A DNA stretch of 64,000 nucleotides from Schmidtea polychroa. Taxonomy: Eukaryota. The position numbers and the translations under genes are program-made. Of this stretch, positions 42,771-56,956 are shown piece after piece; within the stretch, counting starts at the first letter, position 1; every line of letters starts with the position of its first letter. Location: the NCBI GenBank assembly GCA_044892525.1, contig CM097885.1:139500001-139564000 (forward strand), in the 5' to 3' direction. The notes below the pieces were generated by a model. It searched no databases, was not told the DNA's origin, and saw only the letters and a list, made by a program, of their open reading frames with translations.

Positions 42771-44870
42771 ACGGGAGTGTCACCATCGGACCACCTTCAT
42801 ACTTTATTGATCATAGACAAAAATATGGGTTTACCAGTCAAGACAAGTTCTACTGTGCGATGGATCCTCCTACCCTTTGGGTCTTAATCATAAGAAGGTA
42901 AATCGATCAAACCAGATTTCGCGCCAAGAAAAGAAGATATTACCATTAGTGAGAGAAATTCTAGGTCGATGAAAATGATTATTTATTTAATCCGCTTGAA
43001 GTCGTTACTTCACGTTTACCGAGAATCGTGTTAAGTTGTTGACTTCTTCCCCCCGTACGAGTGATTTTGATGGGTGTATCATATACTGGGGTCGAGTGAC
43101 TATCTATGAAAAAAGGGGGTCCATAATGTCCGTTGATCAGTTCCTACAGGATAAACGGAAAGTTATTTAATTTCTTTTTTATTATTTATTCATTCTCTCT
43201 AATTACTCACATATGTGTTTTACCTGGTTTACATAATATTTATTTAATAATATTCGATATTAATGTTAATGATAATCATGTCAAAATGAAATAATTTCTA
43301 TGCCATTCATGCTAAGATAATAAAGAGAGAATAATCATAATTATGATCGGGTTTATCATTAAAAAATATTGTCTTTATGATATCTGAGCACGGTATCAAT
43401 GTGAGCTAGTAGCCGACCATTCCTGCTAGGTAGATAAGGAAATGTCAGCCCGGTGGTTGACTATTAATCCGGAGCGGTGAAATCTGATAGCTGTCGGTAG
43501 TTTAATTGGCATGTTCGATCTAATTTTACATGAGTAGATGCGTGTGTGACTTTGCCTACTGTACTTGGCTACTAGGTAAGTCTGCAACTGGTGACGCATG
43601 CAAGGTGCGCTTTCACACACTTAATTATACTACAAATGCAGGCGTTGAATGTTTGCATGATGGCATTCTCTCAGAATTTTATCCACCGCGTAATCACTCA
43701 CAATTCTACGGCATATGGTGATGATTTACTAATTCTCACCGGATTATTGAAAAAATTATAATTATCTGTATTGCAAATGTTGGATATAGCTTGCTCCAAG
43801 GGTGGATTTTTCGTCTTTAATTCCTCAAGCCTAGTTTATCAATCTACTCTCTAAGTGCTGGAGGATTTTTTCCTATCCCTGCTGGGTTGCCAACCTCATG
43901 AAATACTGGAATTTTATATTTAATTAACAAGATCATCGGCTAACTTGAAGAAATATATTTTCTTGGTTCGAGTTGGTTGCATTTTTCATTGTTAAATTAT
44001 TTGATGCCAATAGTTTATGTAATTATGATAATTAATTGTATGTAAATTCTTTTATATATAATTCTAAAAATTTATGATAGCGAATCATTTTATGCAATTT
44101 AAACTTTTATTTGGAACAAACTCGTTTTTTGTAATTCTGAATAACTTTTTGGATTAAATCATTTTACATGGTTCTACCATTTATTTACAAGCGGTCATTT
44201 CGGGTAATCCTAATACTTGTCTAAAGCAATCTACTTTGAACTCCCTTGCAACTATGTCTTTAAGAGAACTTTTAGATGAACGGAATAACAGTTCAGAAGG
44301 TCATAGGCTAAAAATCGTCGGAACAGATTCTGAGTGAAAAGTATGAACATCGAAGATATGTCACAGATAGCCTCACTAAGGTTTGAACAATTCTTGACGC
44401 ACAACTTACATTGATGATGAAGAAAAAAGTTTTCTTAGCAAAAACGACATTCGAAAACGATAGTGTGACACCCTCAATCACTGCGCGAATACATCAAAAT
44501 TCTCCGATTCCTTTATTACATATCTTTGTTTTCAATCACTACATGACTATCAATTTTCTGCCACCATTTACCTATAGATTTTAGTCGCACCTTCAGCAAT
44601 TGGACCCGTGAAGAAGCCCTCACATTTCGGCCCAATCTAGCTGCGTGATTGAAATACCCTATGTCCACCGGTGGAGCTCCCGAAGGCACCTCACACCATG
44701 ACATAGAGTATCTCAACGCCACGTTTCTCGCAAGATTGAATAGTCTCCAATAATAATTCATAAAAATTAATTCATAAAAGATCAATAATTCTTAACGAGC
44801 AAATCATTTATTATTAAGCAAACTATTAATTTAAATAGAGCATTCGAAAATCAAACGAAAAGAAAAACCC

Positions 44871-44902
<32 letters not shown>

Positions 44903-47653
44903 AAATATTATTAAACTATACGCATTACTTAAAAATTCAAAATAAGCAATCAAAAATCCTTACCGAATGATTGATACAAGTATGGGCTGAGTCGAAAAGG
45001 GTACTATGTCGAATCAGTTAATGCTCGAATATCGTCTAGTTCTGTAAAAATCTCTTGAATCTTGGAATTGTCCTCGTGAGTTATCGTGCGTTAGTTGCTG
45101 GAGTTCTGTTCTGTCGTAGAATAGATTTACCTATTGAGGTGGTTTGATTAACAGCAAGCTTATTTAAGTTTCACTTACCTATTGAGGTGGTTTGATTAAC
45201 AGCAATTGTTATGTTTTTAATGCCTGCTTATATATTAATTTTTTGTTTGCGCGGACCAATTAGAATTGAGTACCGCTTAATTTTATTAATTTAATTTATT
45301 TTCCTTGTTTTTGAGTTATTTCTTCTTATTTTCTTTATTAAAATTATGTTTTTATTTATTTTCCTTAATTTTCTTATTATTTACTATATTTTACGTTGTT
45401 TTCCGTCATTCTATTGTCCTATTTAATTTTTCTCATCTTTATATTTTTTTGTTTTAATTCTTATTTTCTAATTATTGTTTTTCTTATGTTTTATTTTATT
45501 TTATTTGTCAATTTATTTGTTTTTATTTATTTATTTTTTATTTTATTTTAGTTAAGTTTGCCCTAATTTCCCAACTACCCTTCGACTCAGCCCAACACAA
45601 ATAAATACCCATAGTGCTTCACATCGACATAAGAGAGTTGGCGTGGTAAAGTGCAGAGGGCTAATATCTACCTACTCAGGCTAATCAGTGAGGGCACATT
45701 GATCAAACCGCCATTGGTGATTATTTTATTCAATTAGGATAATTATTTGTTTCAGTTAATTTTAATTTAATTTAAATTAATTTCTTATTATTTTTTACTT
45801 TTACCCTGAGTAGTCCGGTTATCGCCAATAATTTTATTGGCCTCCTTTTTCGATTATTATGTCTTCTTTTCGAATATTGGTGTATATGTTGTAATCTAAT
45901 ATGTTTCTTCTGCAACTGCTTGGGGTTTTCTTTTCTATTTAATTTTTTAATAACGTGTTTTTTTTAATTAAGGTATTTTATTTTTATTTTGATTAACTTC
46001 TTGCTTTTTGACTATCACTTTGACAGATGTCGGCAATGATTTTTATTGTCTATCAATGGTCTGACCCCCAACAACACATGGAACATCACCGGAATATTAC
46101 AGCAGACATTTACTGTGAACAATTAGACTAGCTTTGACATATTTACGGCCAGCATTAGTCAATGGCAAGAGATATTCTAACAACAACATAACACAAGTGA
46201 GCAAAATGAGTGGAGAGGAAATGCATAAAGTAAAAGATATTTTGTTCTATAATTCTAAGAAAAAGGAAATAACAAAACAAATAAAATTAAACAAGGAAAT
46301 TTTTAATTAACAAGTACAATTTAAAAGTAGAAACATAAAACAAATGGAAAATGGAATTACATTACAGCTTGTCCGAAATAGCGAATAGACAACCGGGAAG
46401 TCGCTAAACTATAAAGGGGAAAGTTGAAATAAACTTGCATATCTCGACAGCTACCCGAGATAACAGGCCATAAAAGTGAAACACAACTTTGATTAAATGA
46501 CACAAAAGAGGATCAAGAGAAATTACAAAAAAATTATTAAAAACCAATATTTTCAACTTAAAGAAATTGGATCAATTCTACTAATTATAGAAACCAGAAG
46601 CAATAGTTACGTGGTTTAGAATTCCCAGTATGCTACAGGCGTGCTATTGTTACTGAAGGGCTGCAACAAGTATTCAGTCACTGTTGTAACATCGAATTAT
46701 TTTGTGTCATTGTGAATTGCTATTCTATAGAAGATTATATTGTTTGAAATTCGTTATTGCTATCAATTAAGATATGCTTTTGTATCACATCAATAATTCT
46801 TTTATATTTCAGCAACAACCCAAACATATTATATACCGTTCTCAGGAACACAACTTAACCCTTTAATTGCGGAATTAAATTTCATAAAGTCAGGAAACGT
46901 GTCAATTATCCGTCAACAAAAAGTTAAAGATATCATTGTGATTTGAAACACGTGTAGACGACCAAGTGAACATAATACATTTAATATATATTAAAAATAT
47001 CTTTCCCGAAGGGTTGTTAAAAGTAGAGACAATGGTCTATTCAATAATATTTGGATTTATCCGCATCCAATAGGTGTAAAAACAGAACGTTTAAGAATTT
47101 CTAGGATCTCAATTCTGGCAAAAGAGCTTTCTTTGTGTCGAAAGACCTTATATTTTTATGATCGAAATTACAAATCTTATTATTTACCGGTACTCTTAAT
47201 ATATTAACTAAAGACAGTAACGTCTTAATAAAAAGATGAAAACATTAATAGGACAACAAAATGAGGTTCTTAATCATCCACCAAGCCTGAAAAATGTTCT
47301 TGGATCATTCCATGGCGAATTATCAAATTTCACAAAGGTCTGGCTTATAATATGGGCTACTTTCTCGAATTAGAATTAAAATTGTATTTATTGAAGATTA
47401 TTTCATTAAAAATGTAACCTACCAATGACAAACTTTTGGAAAAAAAATTTGTTACTTAATATTGTATAATAAAATATGAAATAAGTGAAACAACAATTAT
47501 AATTAATGTATTTCAACACTAATCAACCAACCTTTTAAGCACAAAAATTGAAAACTATAAAGAATTACGTATGCAAAAATAACACGCATAAAACTTTATT
47601 AATTTTGTTATATAAATGCTTCAAAAATATTACACAATTTATTTACTTTAAAA

Positions 47654-48120
47654 TTAGAAAGATCTTACGGAAAAACTAGTCGAATTTAATAGATCTTGTT
47701 TGAAATTTGAAGGAAAATCGATTCCCATCATTTCATAATGATCAAGAAATTCTGCCATTGTTTTGTCAAGTGTTTTTAATTCATTTATCAAAGAAAATGT
47801 GTACTGTTCAATTTTGTCTGTGTCTTCAAGATAATTTAACACTCCTTTCAAAACTTCGATTCTGGTAGGTTGACGCTTTGAACTTCCATTTCCTTCACGT
47901 ACATGACTTAAATAAGCACTTGGACACAATTGCCTAAAATTTTCCCTGCAAAGACGAAGTTTCTGCCGCCTGACACGTTCTTGTTCATTGGAATATTCTC
48001 GGCGTGCATGTAATTTTCCTATAATACTTTTCTTTGAATACTTACGAGCAACATCAACCTTTTTCAATCTTGATATACCATATTCCGCTTCATTATTACT
48101 ATAATCTTCATCGTTGGAAT
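47654..48120 (-). CDS. Terminal exon of a divergent bHLH transcription factor (host gene)
   Basis: RREYSNEQERVRRQKL...FRQLCP...KRQPTRIEVLKGVLNYL. Acceptor TTATTTAG ends at 48121 in frame (phase 1). Upstream exons were not identified. Confidence 0.7.
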
Positions 48121-51100
48121 CTAAATAAGCTTTAAAGTATTGAAATTATTAATGAATCTTTATTACCAGAAACGTTTAAAGGCACATTGCAACGATTACT
48201 CAAAACGACCTTACGCTTTGACTTCTAAAATTATTAAAAATAACATATTATAACTATATTTAACTTTCAAATTAATAAAATATTATAAAAAGAAAACTAA
48301 TTAATATTAATAACGTAATTTACAGAATTCATATCAGTAAAATTAAGTAATCATTATAAGAAAGAAACCATGCCAAGTACTCATGTTTATTGTATAATTT
48401 AAAACAAACAGATCGAGTATTATATCCCTTGAAATATAAAACTATAACATTTCAAATAAATTTATACGTTACAGCTTTGTTGTTTTTGTTAAAAATTTTA
48501 AATTTTTAGATATATTTTTATTGTAATTTATTGGTTACATAATTAAAAATGTCTATATTAATAAATTAGAAATAATATAAATTTATATTATCCTTTTTCG
48601 GATGATGGCAATTTTGAAATTATTTTTTATCATAATTTTATTTATTTATTTAATTATCAAGGTCATTTTTCCCAAATGAGTAATTATTACTCATGCTTGT
48701 AATTTTATTAATTTTGATCGAAGAAATTGCGTGTTCGAAAAATAACTGTAAGTATTATAAAGATGTTTATTTTATTTTTATAATTTTTAGTTGTACTTAC
48801 ACCTGCTAATCATGAGTACTGTCGAAATAGAATTAAAACTATGGTCATGAATGAATTAACATTAGATCATAGGAGGCTATCGCTAATAATTGAACCAAAT
48901 ATAACGTCAGTTTTAATCGGAAATCACCCACTGTGTCCAATCACGGTTATACGAACGTTAAAAAAGCCGAATGAAAAAACTTTGCAAAAAGAAAAAAAAA
49001 TAGGATTTTGGTTCTTAGCAATGAAAGTGCATGGTGATTTAAGTTGTACCGACTTGGTTGGCTATGGAGAATTACACAATTCCAATGATGATTTAGAATT
49101 ACAACGTACAGAAATTAATGGAAAGGTTCAAATTAGTTGACATAAAATATCTAATTTTACTTAAAACAAATTAAGAAATTAGATTGTCATTCTAAATTGC
49201 CGGTGATTTTTTACGGTTCAAAATATCAAATAGCGGTTTGGTGGGCCTGGTCTAAAGGAATTATGCCTCGAGTACAGATTGATATTATTTCTTACATTAG
49301 ATTCACTGGAAGTTTTGAAATTCAGGAGAGTAAGTCTATCAATAAATTATTACGAATGTTTAGTGCAAATTTCAAATTATTTAAATAATTTAACAATTAC
49401 GCCCAAAAACTTCATTAACCAAAATGGAATCTTATTCACCTATATACAATTCATTAGACAATCCTTGATTTCCTGAGGAAATTTTCCTCGACGCCATCGT
49501 CTAAAACGTTTATGTTTTACTTGGTTCGCTTTGTTACTCTTGGATGCTTTTATCCGCTTCAATTCTGTATCTCGTCACGTAGAAATATTTTCATATCCGG
49601 CTTCCTTCATAACAATGGAATATTCCACCAACTTTGCCCTTCAATCATCATTCATCACATGCTGTTATCCACTATCAAATAAGCTCTTGCTTTCGGTAAA
49701 CGGATTATTACTATATATATGTTCTTCAGACCATGTCGGTTTCAGTCGCTCGATTCCCGCGTCCTTCACAGTTCGGTGTAATCAAATATAGCTGATAAAA
49801 GTGCTTCCAATGTCCTGTCACTAAAGCTACAACTCATTTCATATGCAAATTATCATTTAAATTTTCTTTTCACTCATGAAATTTACATTAAAAACCAATA
49901 TCGTACCAGTAGCATTCGATTTTTACTCATTCATAATGAATGAGCTCTTAACTACTATAAACTACTATCACATGGTCATGGTCAAATCTTAAAAATTCTA
50001 TACTGGTCCGCATTGGAATCTCGACCGAAAATCATAAATACATTGCGATAAGGGATATATTTAGGCATACAAATTGTTGGCGTAAAAGCTGTCCTTTCAA
50101 CCGCCTCAACTAGTACTGAAATTGCCCTGCTGCCGTTCAAAGATAGTCCTACATAAGTGGTTCCAGTGGTTTCGACTGAAATATCCTTAAACCATCAAGG
50201 GTCGATTATAGGATTTATTAGACCAATATCTGTCTTCCAAGATTCATTCATTATTCGCCGGAATTTATAACTATTCTCCTTAAATTATTCATTTTTAGTT
50301 CAACAAATTAGTAAACGTTGATTTGGAACTTTATCAATCAATATCGATCAAAAATTAATCAGAAAAATTTAGCATGGGTGCTCTATTTGTTATCATTACC
50401 TCATTTTAATACGGGTTATCAATAATGGGAAATTGTTTACTTTAATGGGATAACCTCTACTGAATTTTCAATTGTATGATAATTATCATTATCTCCTATC
50501 ACCACAATCGAATAAACTAACAGATTATAAAACCACGGCGTATCGACACAGTGTTCAATTTCATGATTTAGGCGGTTTGGATTTCTCCTCTGACATTATT
50601 TGAATTCGATTACACTTCAGGATGTCTAATACCCTTCGTTACTCATAATTATTCTCCACACGATCCTATATTCTGTACTCAAATTAAAAGGTATGGTTAG
50701 CGGAACTCTGGCAAACCCACAAGTGAGTTACAGGTGTCACGCTTCGCAATGCCCGAGGTGAGACCAATGGATGAGCATTCCGAAGCCCTGGTCTCAGGTG
50801 GTGCAAGAATGGGGTTTCACGATTTTTGTCATTGAGGTCACGTGTCTTAAATATCTACATTATCCTTAAATGTAAACCCTTAGATCCACTCTTTCTTACC
50901 ATGAAATCACTTTAAATCGAGTTTGTCCTTAAGTTTTGACCCTAAATTATTCTTCATTTCCTAAAATTGACCTTGACCTATTATTTAATATGACTTTATA
51001 TGACCCTGACTTTGAAATATCTTTGACAAAGGGTCAAAAGTGGTTAAATGAGCTAATTACATGATAATTAATTTTATAAAAAAATTTAATTAACAAACCT

Positions 51101-52038
51101 ATTTTATTTTTCATTGTATTGTGAATTAGTTAATAAAATATTTATTGAATTGGTCTCCCATTTATTACTTTGAAAACAATGGTAATCACAACCACAATTA
51201 CTCTATTAATTTAAAAAATATTTTAACATTTGAAAATCTGAAAATACATTTTGTGATAATATAAATTAAATGAACTAATATATGAAGTCTTGTTGATTGA
51301 TATTGTTTGTTGAATTCCTCCAAGACATTCCTCTCGTACAATGGTTGGCAAAATTGTTATAGAGCGAAGGTAAATGCATCACTATGATGCCGAAAATAAC
51401 ACGACTCCCATATAAATTTTAATTGAAAATAATAAACATAATGGCACATATTCTCAATAGGCTTTAAAAGGAATCCATTATTTTTATAAATCCACAGAAA
51501 AGTTCATAATGTATAGAAAAGCCAATAATGAAAACTCTCGATGCCAATTTTCTGACTAAACTAAAGTCACTTGCTACAGCACATTACTTAGGTCTTCGTA
51601 CGATTATATTGTGTATTGATATTCTACAAATTTCCGTTTTTATTTCTGTAAGAATACTATAAAAAACCTATTTTTATGACAATCTTTCAATTTATCTAAA
51701 ATTTTAGAAGAAAAAATCTGCAATGAAAACAATGGTTTCTGGTGCGGTAACCTTTGTATCGATATTAGACTTCGTTGTGATGGTCGAGATGACTGTAAGA
51801 TATTTTCAAACTCAAATTTCGATTCGACTGATGAAGTGAATTGTACACAATACAACAGAAGTTTCGGATATATCAGTAGGTGTTTAATAGTATATAAAAA
51901 TATGTATCAGTAAATACGGGGCCCTACTTTTTAAAGTCGATTTGACCGAGATAATGTTTTATAAAAATTTTCGATTCTTAGAAGTTGTTGCATTATTGAT
52001 TCCTTATTTATTGCCGATTACACACATGCATGCACAGA

Positions 52039-52190
52039 NNNNNNNNNNNNNNNNNNNNNNNNNNNNNNNNNNNNNNNNNNNNNNNNNNNNNNNNNNNNNN
52101 NNNNNNNNNNNNNNNNNNNNNNNNNNNNNNNNNNNNNNNNNNNNNNNNNNNNNNNNNNNNNNNNNNNNNNNNNNNNNNNNNNNNNNNNNN
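52039..52190. other. Assembly gap
   Basis: Run of N. Confidence 1.
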
Positions 52191-53413
52191 ACATTTTATC
52201 AGTCAATTTCAACATTTCAAATCTTAAAAATTTTATACGAATTTATAAAAGCACAGATACTGTTCAGCGCTTATAATTAAAAATTAATAAAATACCACAA
52301 TGGTTGTTAATAATATATCCGAAGCCAATAACAAATCAGAAAATAGTTCAAGACCAAGAATTTAATATATATGGTTCAGGGTCAAGGAAAAACAACAAAA
52401 GAGGCAACAGAACTGTTACAAATTAATCATAATTCCGCACGTTCAGTTGTTAGAAATTCTCGTAAGAAGTCAGTGATCGTTCATACTAAAAGGAGTGGAA
52501 GTAAGAAAACAGTTCTTACAGAAAGAATACAAGTAAAAATTGATAACATCGCCTCCATCAATCCTCAATTTATACATTAAAAGAGATTAAAGCATGCCTT
52601 GAACAGGAAGAAGGCAATGGTTTTTCCATTTCAATTCTGACAATCAATAGAGCCTTAAAAAATTTTAAAATAACTATGAAATTGTCTCATCGAGAATTTG
52701 ATAGAGTCAATATGCCAGAAAAAATCTCGGCACGAAAAGAATATGCTCTCTGGTTCAATAACTATTTCAATAATGAAATATTCAATGTAATATTCATTGA
52801 TGAGTCTTCATTCAATTTGAATCTTAAAATATCTTACTCAAGATTTAAACAAGGAACTCGCAGCAATGTACAAATCCTAATTATTCCGGGACGTTCAATT
52901 TCGCTAATTGCGAGCATGTTCCTTAGTGGGATGTTATATTGTAAAACAATCTCTCATTCCGCTGTCAATGCAGATATTTTCTCTGGCTATATTAATGAGC
53001 TAAGAAATGTGTTCCGCCTAGAAAATGTATGCTTAATTTTAGATAATGCAAGAGTGCATAAACGAGCAGACATTCAAAGAAGTACATCAGAATTTAATTA
53101 TAATTTTAAATTTCTTGCGCCTTATTCTGAATCTTATCGAAAATGCGTTTTCAAAAATCAAAAATGGGATTCGTTCTAGATTGCTATTAGGTGCCACTGG
53201 TAATTTATCTGAATTAATGTTACTAGAAGTTCATAACGTGACAGCAAATGATTGGGCAGGATATTTAGGCATATAATTCGAAATATCATTAACTGTGCGG
53301 CGGAATTACCTTATATTCATCAATAAATATTTTTGTTGTTATTCTTTTATAAATATTGTTTTTGATTACAATGTTGAAATTGACTGATAAAATGTTGAAA
53401 TTGAATGATAAAT

Positions 53414-53415
<2 letters not shown>
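52191..53415 (+). mobile_element. Decayed Tc1/IS630-family (DDE_3) DNA transposon
   Basis: Frameshifted transposase 52371-53276 (FIDESSF, LILDNARVH, FLAPYS). TIR ACATTTTATCAGTCAATTTCAACA pairs with its inverse at 53372-53395, followed by (TA)n. The left end runs into the gap. Confidence 0.85.
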
Positions 53416-53446
<31 letters not shown>

Positions 53447-53848
53447 CTTATTTGACCTACTTTGAGTTAGTGGCCCCTGTTTCTAAAGTCGGTTTGACCT
53501 ACATAAAAATACTAGGAATTTTAGAACAAAAAAAATCCTCAGCCAGGGTGGGTATGTGAGTTAGCGGGGCCCTATCCATCTACTCTTATGAATCACATAT
53601 TGAAATTTTTTTGTAGACCACGAAATTCTTTTAAAGAGTTTTGTTGTGTGCATTGATATGTATATTAAACGATCTATCAACCCATCATTAACATAAATTG
53701 ATGAAATTTTAAATATACATAAATTAAAAATTCTGAACCTTTCGATATATCAAAATTAATTCTTATCTTTAACAAAATTCCAAAGTTTTCAGTTGTTATG
53801 TTTACCTCAAGAATTTTATAGAGTGCTTTAAATGGCACTCTACAGACG

Positions 53849-53997
53849 NNNNNNNNNNNNNNNNNNNNNNNNNNNNNNNNNNNNNNNNNNNNNNNNNNNN
53901 NNNNNNNNNNNNNNNNNNNNNNNNNNNNNNNNNNNNNNNNNNNNNNNNNNNNNNNNNNNNNNNNNNNNNNNNNNNNNNNNNNNNNNNNNNNNNNNNN
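53849..53997. other. Assembly gap
   Basis: Run of N. Confidence 1.
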
Positions 53998-54069
53998 TCC
54001 AATTTCACCACTGATTATTTTTTCCTTCGAATTTATTAAAAAGAGAGTTTGAAGACTATAAATCAGTAA

Positions 54070-54202
54070 TATATCGATGTTCATTGATACTCACGAATTT
54101 TCGGCACTGCCTTTTTCAAGTGAATATTGTTCACTTGAAAAAAAAAATTCACTTGAAAAAGGCAGTGCCGAAAATTCGTGAGTATCAACGAACATCGATA
54201 TA
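54070..54202. repeat. Near-perfect foldback (56-bp arms, 21-nt loop), probably a TA-flanked MITE
   Basis: 54070-54125 is the reverse complement of 54147-54202 with one mismatch. Confidence 0.85.
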
Positions 54203-54388
54203 CTATATTTATATTGCTCTAGGTATTTTGATTATCAAATAACTGTAGTGTTATAATAAGAGTTTTTATTTAATTGATTTTGAATTTATTATATTCAGAA
54301 ACTGATTCTTCAGACCAATCGTTTTGGATCAGAAATATTTTTTTTATAAGTAATTATAAAATGAGTTCGAATAAGTTTATATTATATT

Positions 54389-54760
54389 ATGAATTTAGTA
54401 TTAAGTATTATTGGGCTTATTTTAATAATCTCGGCAATAAAAATTTACGTTACAAATTTTGTGGTTTCTAAACATCTTCGAACAAAAAAGAAGTTTTCTA
54501 CGCGTAATTCTCCACTCTATTCATTGTCACTTGGAGATTCTGACATCGAGTCAGCCTACGATGATATAGAAAAATGTAGTGAAACCGAGTCCAAGAAAAA
54601 TTCTTCATTAATTATTAGTGGAGATGAAGAAACTCAAGAAGAAATTTTAGGAACGTCGAAAGAATATCTCGATTCAGTTTATAATAACAATGTATTTCAT
54701 CCACAACTAGTCAGTCCAAGAAAACAAGTAAAATTTAAATTATTGTTTATGCAAATTTAG
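54389..54760 (+). CDS. Possible small membrane protein or terminal exon (TM plus acidic tail)
   Basis: 123-aa ORF with a hydrophobic N-terminus and a D/E/S-rich tail. No family recognised. Confidence 0.3.
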   Translation: MNLVLSIIGLILIISAIKIYVTNFVVSKHLRTKKKFSTRNSPLYSLSLGDSDIESAYDDIEKCSETESKKNSSLIISGDEETQEEILGTSKEYLDSVYNNNVFHPQLVSPRKQVKFKLLFMQI

Positions 54761-56956
54761 TTATTAAATGTCTGAAAAAATGAAATAGATAAAAAAGGAA
54801 AATATATATTTATAATTAACGGAGTCTAATTTATTCCTTGTGTGGGAGTCGTATAAATGAGTGTAAACATAATTAATGGAAAATACAAGTGAAGAATTGA
54901 TTAAAATTGCAAAGATTAAGTACAAGAATTAATTTTAAAAACGACGAGGGGGTTGTATTATAAAATTACAAATTAATTACAATTTCATTGACGTCATAAA
55001 TGATCTCACTAAAAAGACAAAATCTCCAAATTTTACAGATGCAACGGCGGTCTGTTATCTCGCGGCTCGGTGGTAATAATTAATTTAATTTAATTTTGAA
55101 AATTTTAACTAAAATTATGTGAACACTGATTTCGTTGTTGAGCTGGAACATAATAAATTGTTCCCAACAAGTATAAAAGTAATAGAAACTTGGCAAAAAT
55201 CAGAAATTATCATTTCAGCAAATTTGATTAGAATTGGTATCATAATTTAACAAAAATGTATTAATTTAATTAGATTAATTAAACTAATTAATTAATGAAT
55301 TTTAAACTGCAATGGAATTGTATGCACTCCTCTTAGGAATTCCATTGTCACTTTCACAGCAATTTTCTCATATATTAGCCTCCTTTGTTCATTAAAAGTT
55401 CACGTTTATTTCGTTCCTTATTTATGGATAAAAATTTGAAAAAATTAAACTTTTATGACGCAAAACTGAAATGGTGTTTACAAAAAAGCACAAAAATGAA
55501 ATGTCAAAATGATAAGGGATGTCCAGTAATCATAAAACATGGTTAAATGTGAACAAATAAGTTTAAAATTAGCGTTACTTTCTTTAATTCTCGACAAATT
55601 ATAGAGTATTTTAAGCTTTTTGTGAAAACTATACAGTAATATGGACAACGATTTTTGTAATTTTTGACCTTTTATGAAATAATGATGAAATAAAACAAGA
55701 AGATACGGTTATATTTATGGTAAATGATGTTTTTTAGAAAGTCGTATGAATAATTCAACTCATACGAAAAAAATATCGAGGTAGAGCCGTATATTCGGGA
55801 TAATAGTAGGACATGAAACAAAAACTATGCAGCATTATGGGACAGAGGGAGTACCAATGTTTAATTATATTTATATGTGTATTATAATTTTGCTTCTTTT
55901 AGGCCCAGTCATATATATTTTAATCTATTAGTGTGACCATTAAGTTTAATTGTGTTTGAGGTTTAAAATATATAACTAATGATAGCTTTTTTGAGGCTTA
56001 CCGAGAATAGTCTAAGAAAATACGCAAGAAACACGCATTTTAACTAAAGAAAAAAATTTAGCAGAAGTGACATTTTCCCAAATGATTAAATAGCATAAAA
56101 GAAAATTTATATATTTATTACAATATTGATGATTATCAATTTTGTGCAATTAATTTGATTAGAAAATGTAATGTAAGTCTCAATATTATCGGGTCATTGT
56201 GATTGAATTGTAAATACGTGAGGTCAGGCTTAAAATTTATTCTTACCGAAACATTATTGAACCAAACCAGTTTATCTTCTGGCAGGTTAGACCATGAATT
56301 TCTTTTTATTCGCTGGAGACATAATAATGGTCGTTTAGCTATACAATTTGTCGTAGAAATCAAATTATCATATAACGCACTGCCTACGTTAAAATATACC
56401 AATACTCTTTCATTTTCAATTACAGATAAGGTTTATTTCGCGTATCTAAAATATCTCGATTTTGAGATTCATTAATATGAAATTTCCTCTTTTTCTTTTG
56501 AGATGAATCGAATTCCTAATTATTCAGATTTTAAAAGTAATTTCAAAAGTTTCCAAATCATTTCTAAGTGTTTTTAACATGTCTTCTTAAATAATCTTAT
56601 AATTCGACAGTATTAGCAATATAATTACACTATTCTGAATTCATTTGGTGATTAGGTTTAATTATTGCTATTGGCTGGGACTAGTTCTACAGACATATAA
56701 TATAGATGATTTTTATACATCTAACAATACACTTTACCACACGCCTCATTCTTTAATGTCTTTTAAAATAAAAGATATATGGTTACAATGGAAAATATAA
56801 AGATTTGAATTGATCGCACTGGTCTATATATGCCTTTCCAATAATGAGTGGCTCAAAAAACAACGTACAAAATACGATCACTATGACCCAAAAAATTTTT
56901 TGTTTTTGTTGAACACTTCTCTATTTATATAAAATATTTTATATTAAATTATATTA

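Larger units (their letters stand above)
15167..45597 (-). mobile_element. Giant 30.4-kb Ty3/Gypsy LTR retroelement (Burro-like) with env-like and accessory genes (element A)
   Basis: Paired 4.2-kb LTRs, CAAA TSD (15163-15166 and 45598-45601), PBS, and Gypsy domain order PR-RT-RH-IN with GPY module. Confidence 0.95.
41407..45597 (-). repeat. 5' LTR of element A (4191 bp)
   Basis: Direct repeat of 15167-19359, adjacent to the PBS. Confidence 0.95.

Noticed and set aside
49440-49800. Stop-riddled coding-looking minus-strand segment
   Set aside because: Probably a transposon relic, but no family motif could be recognised.
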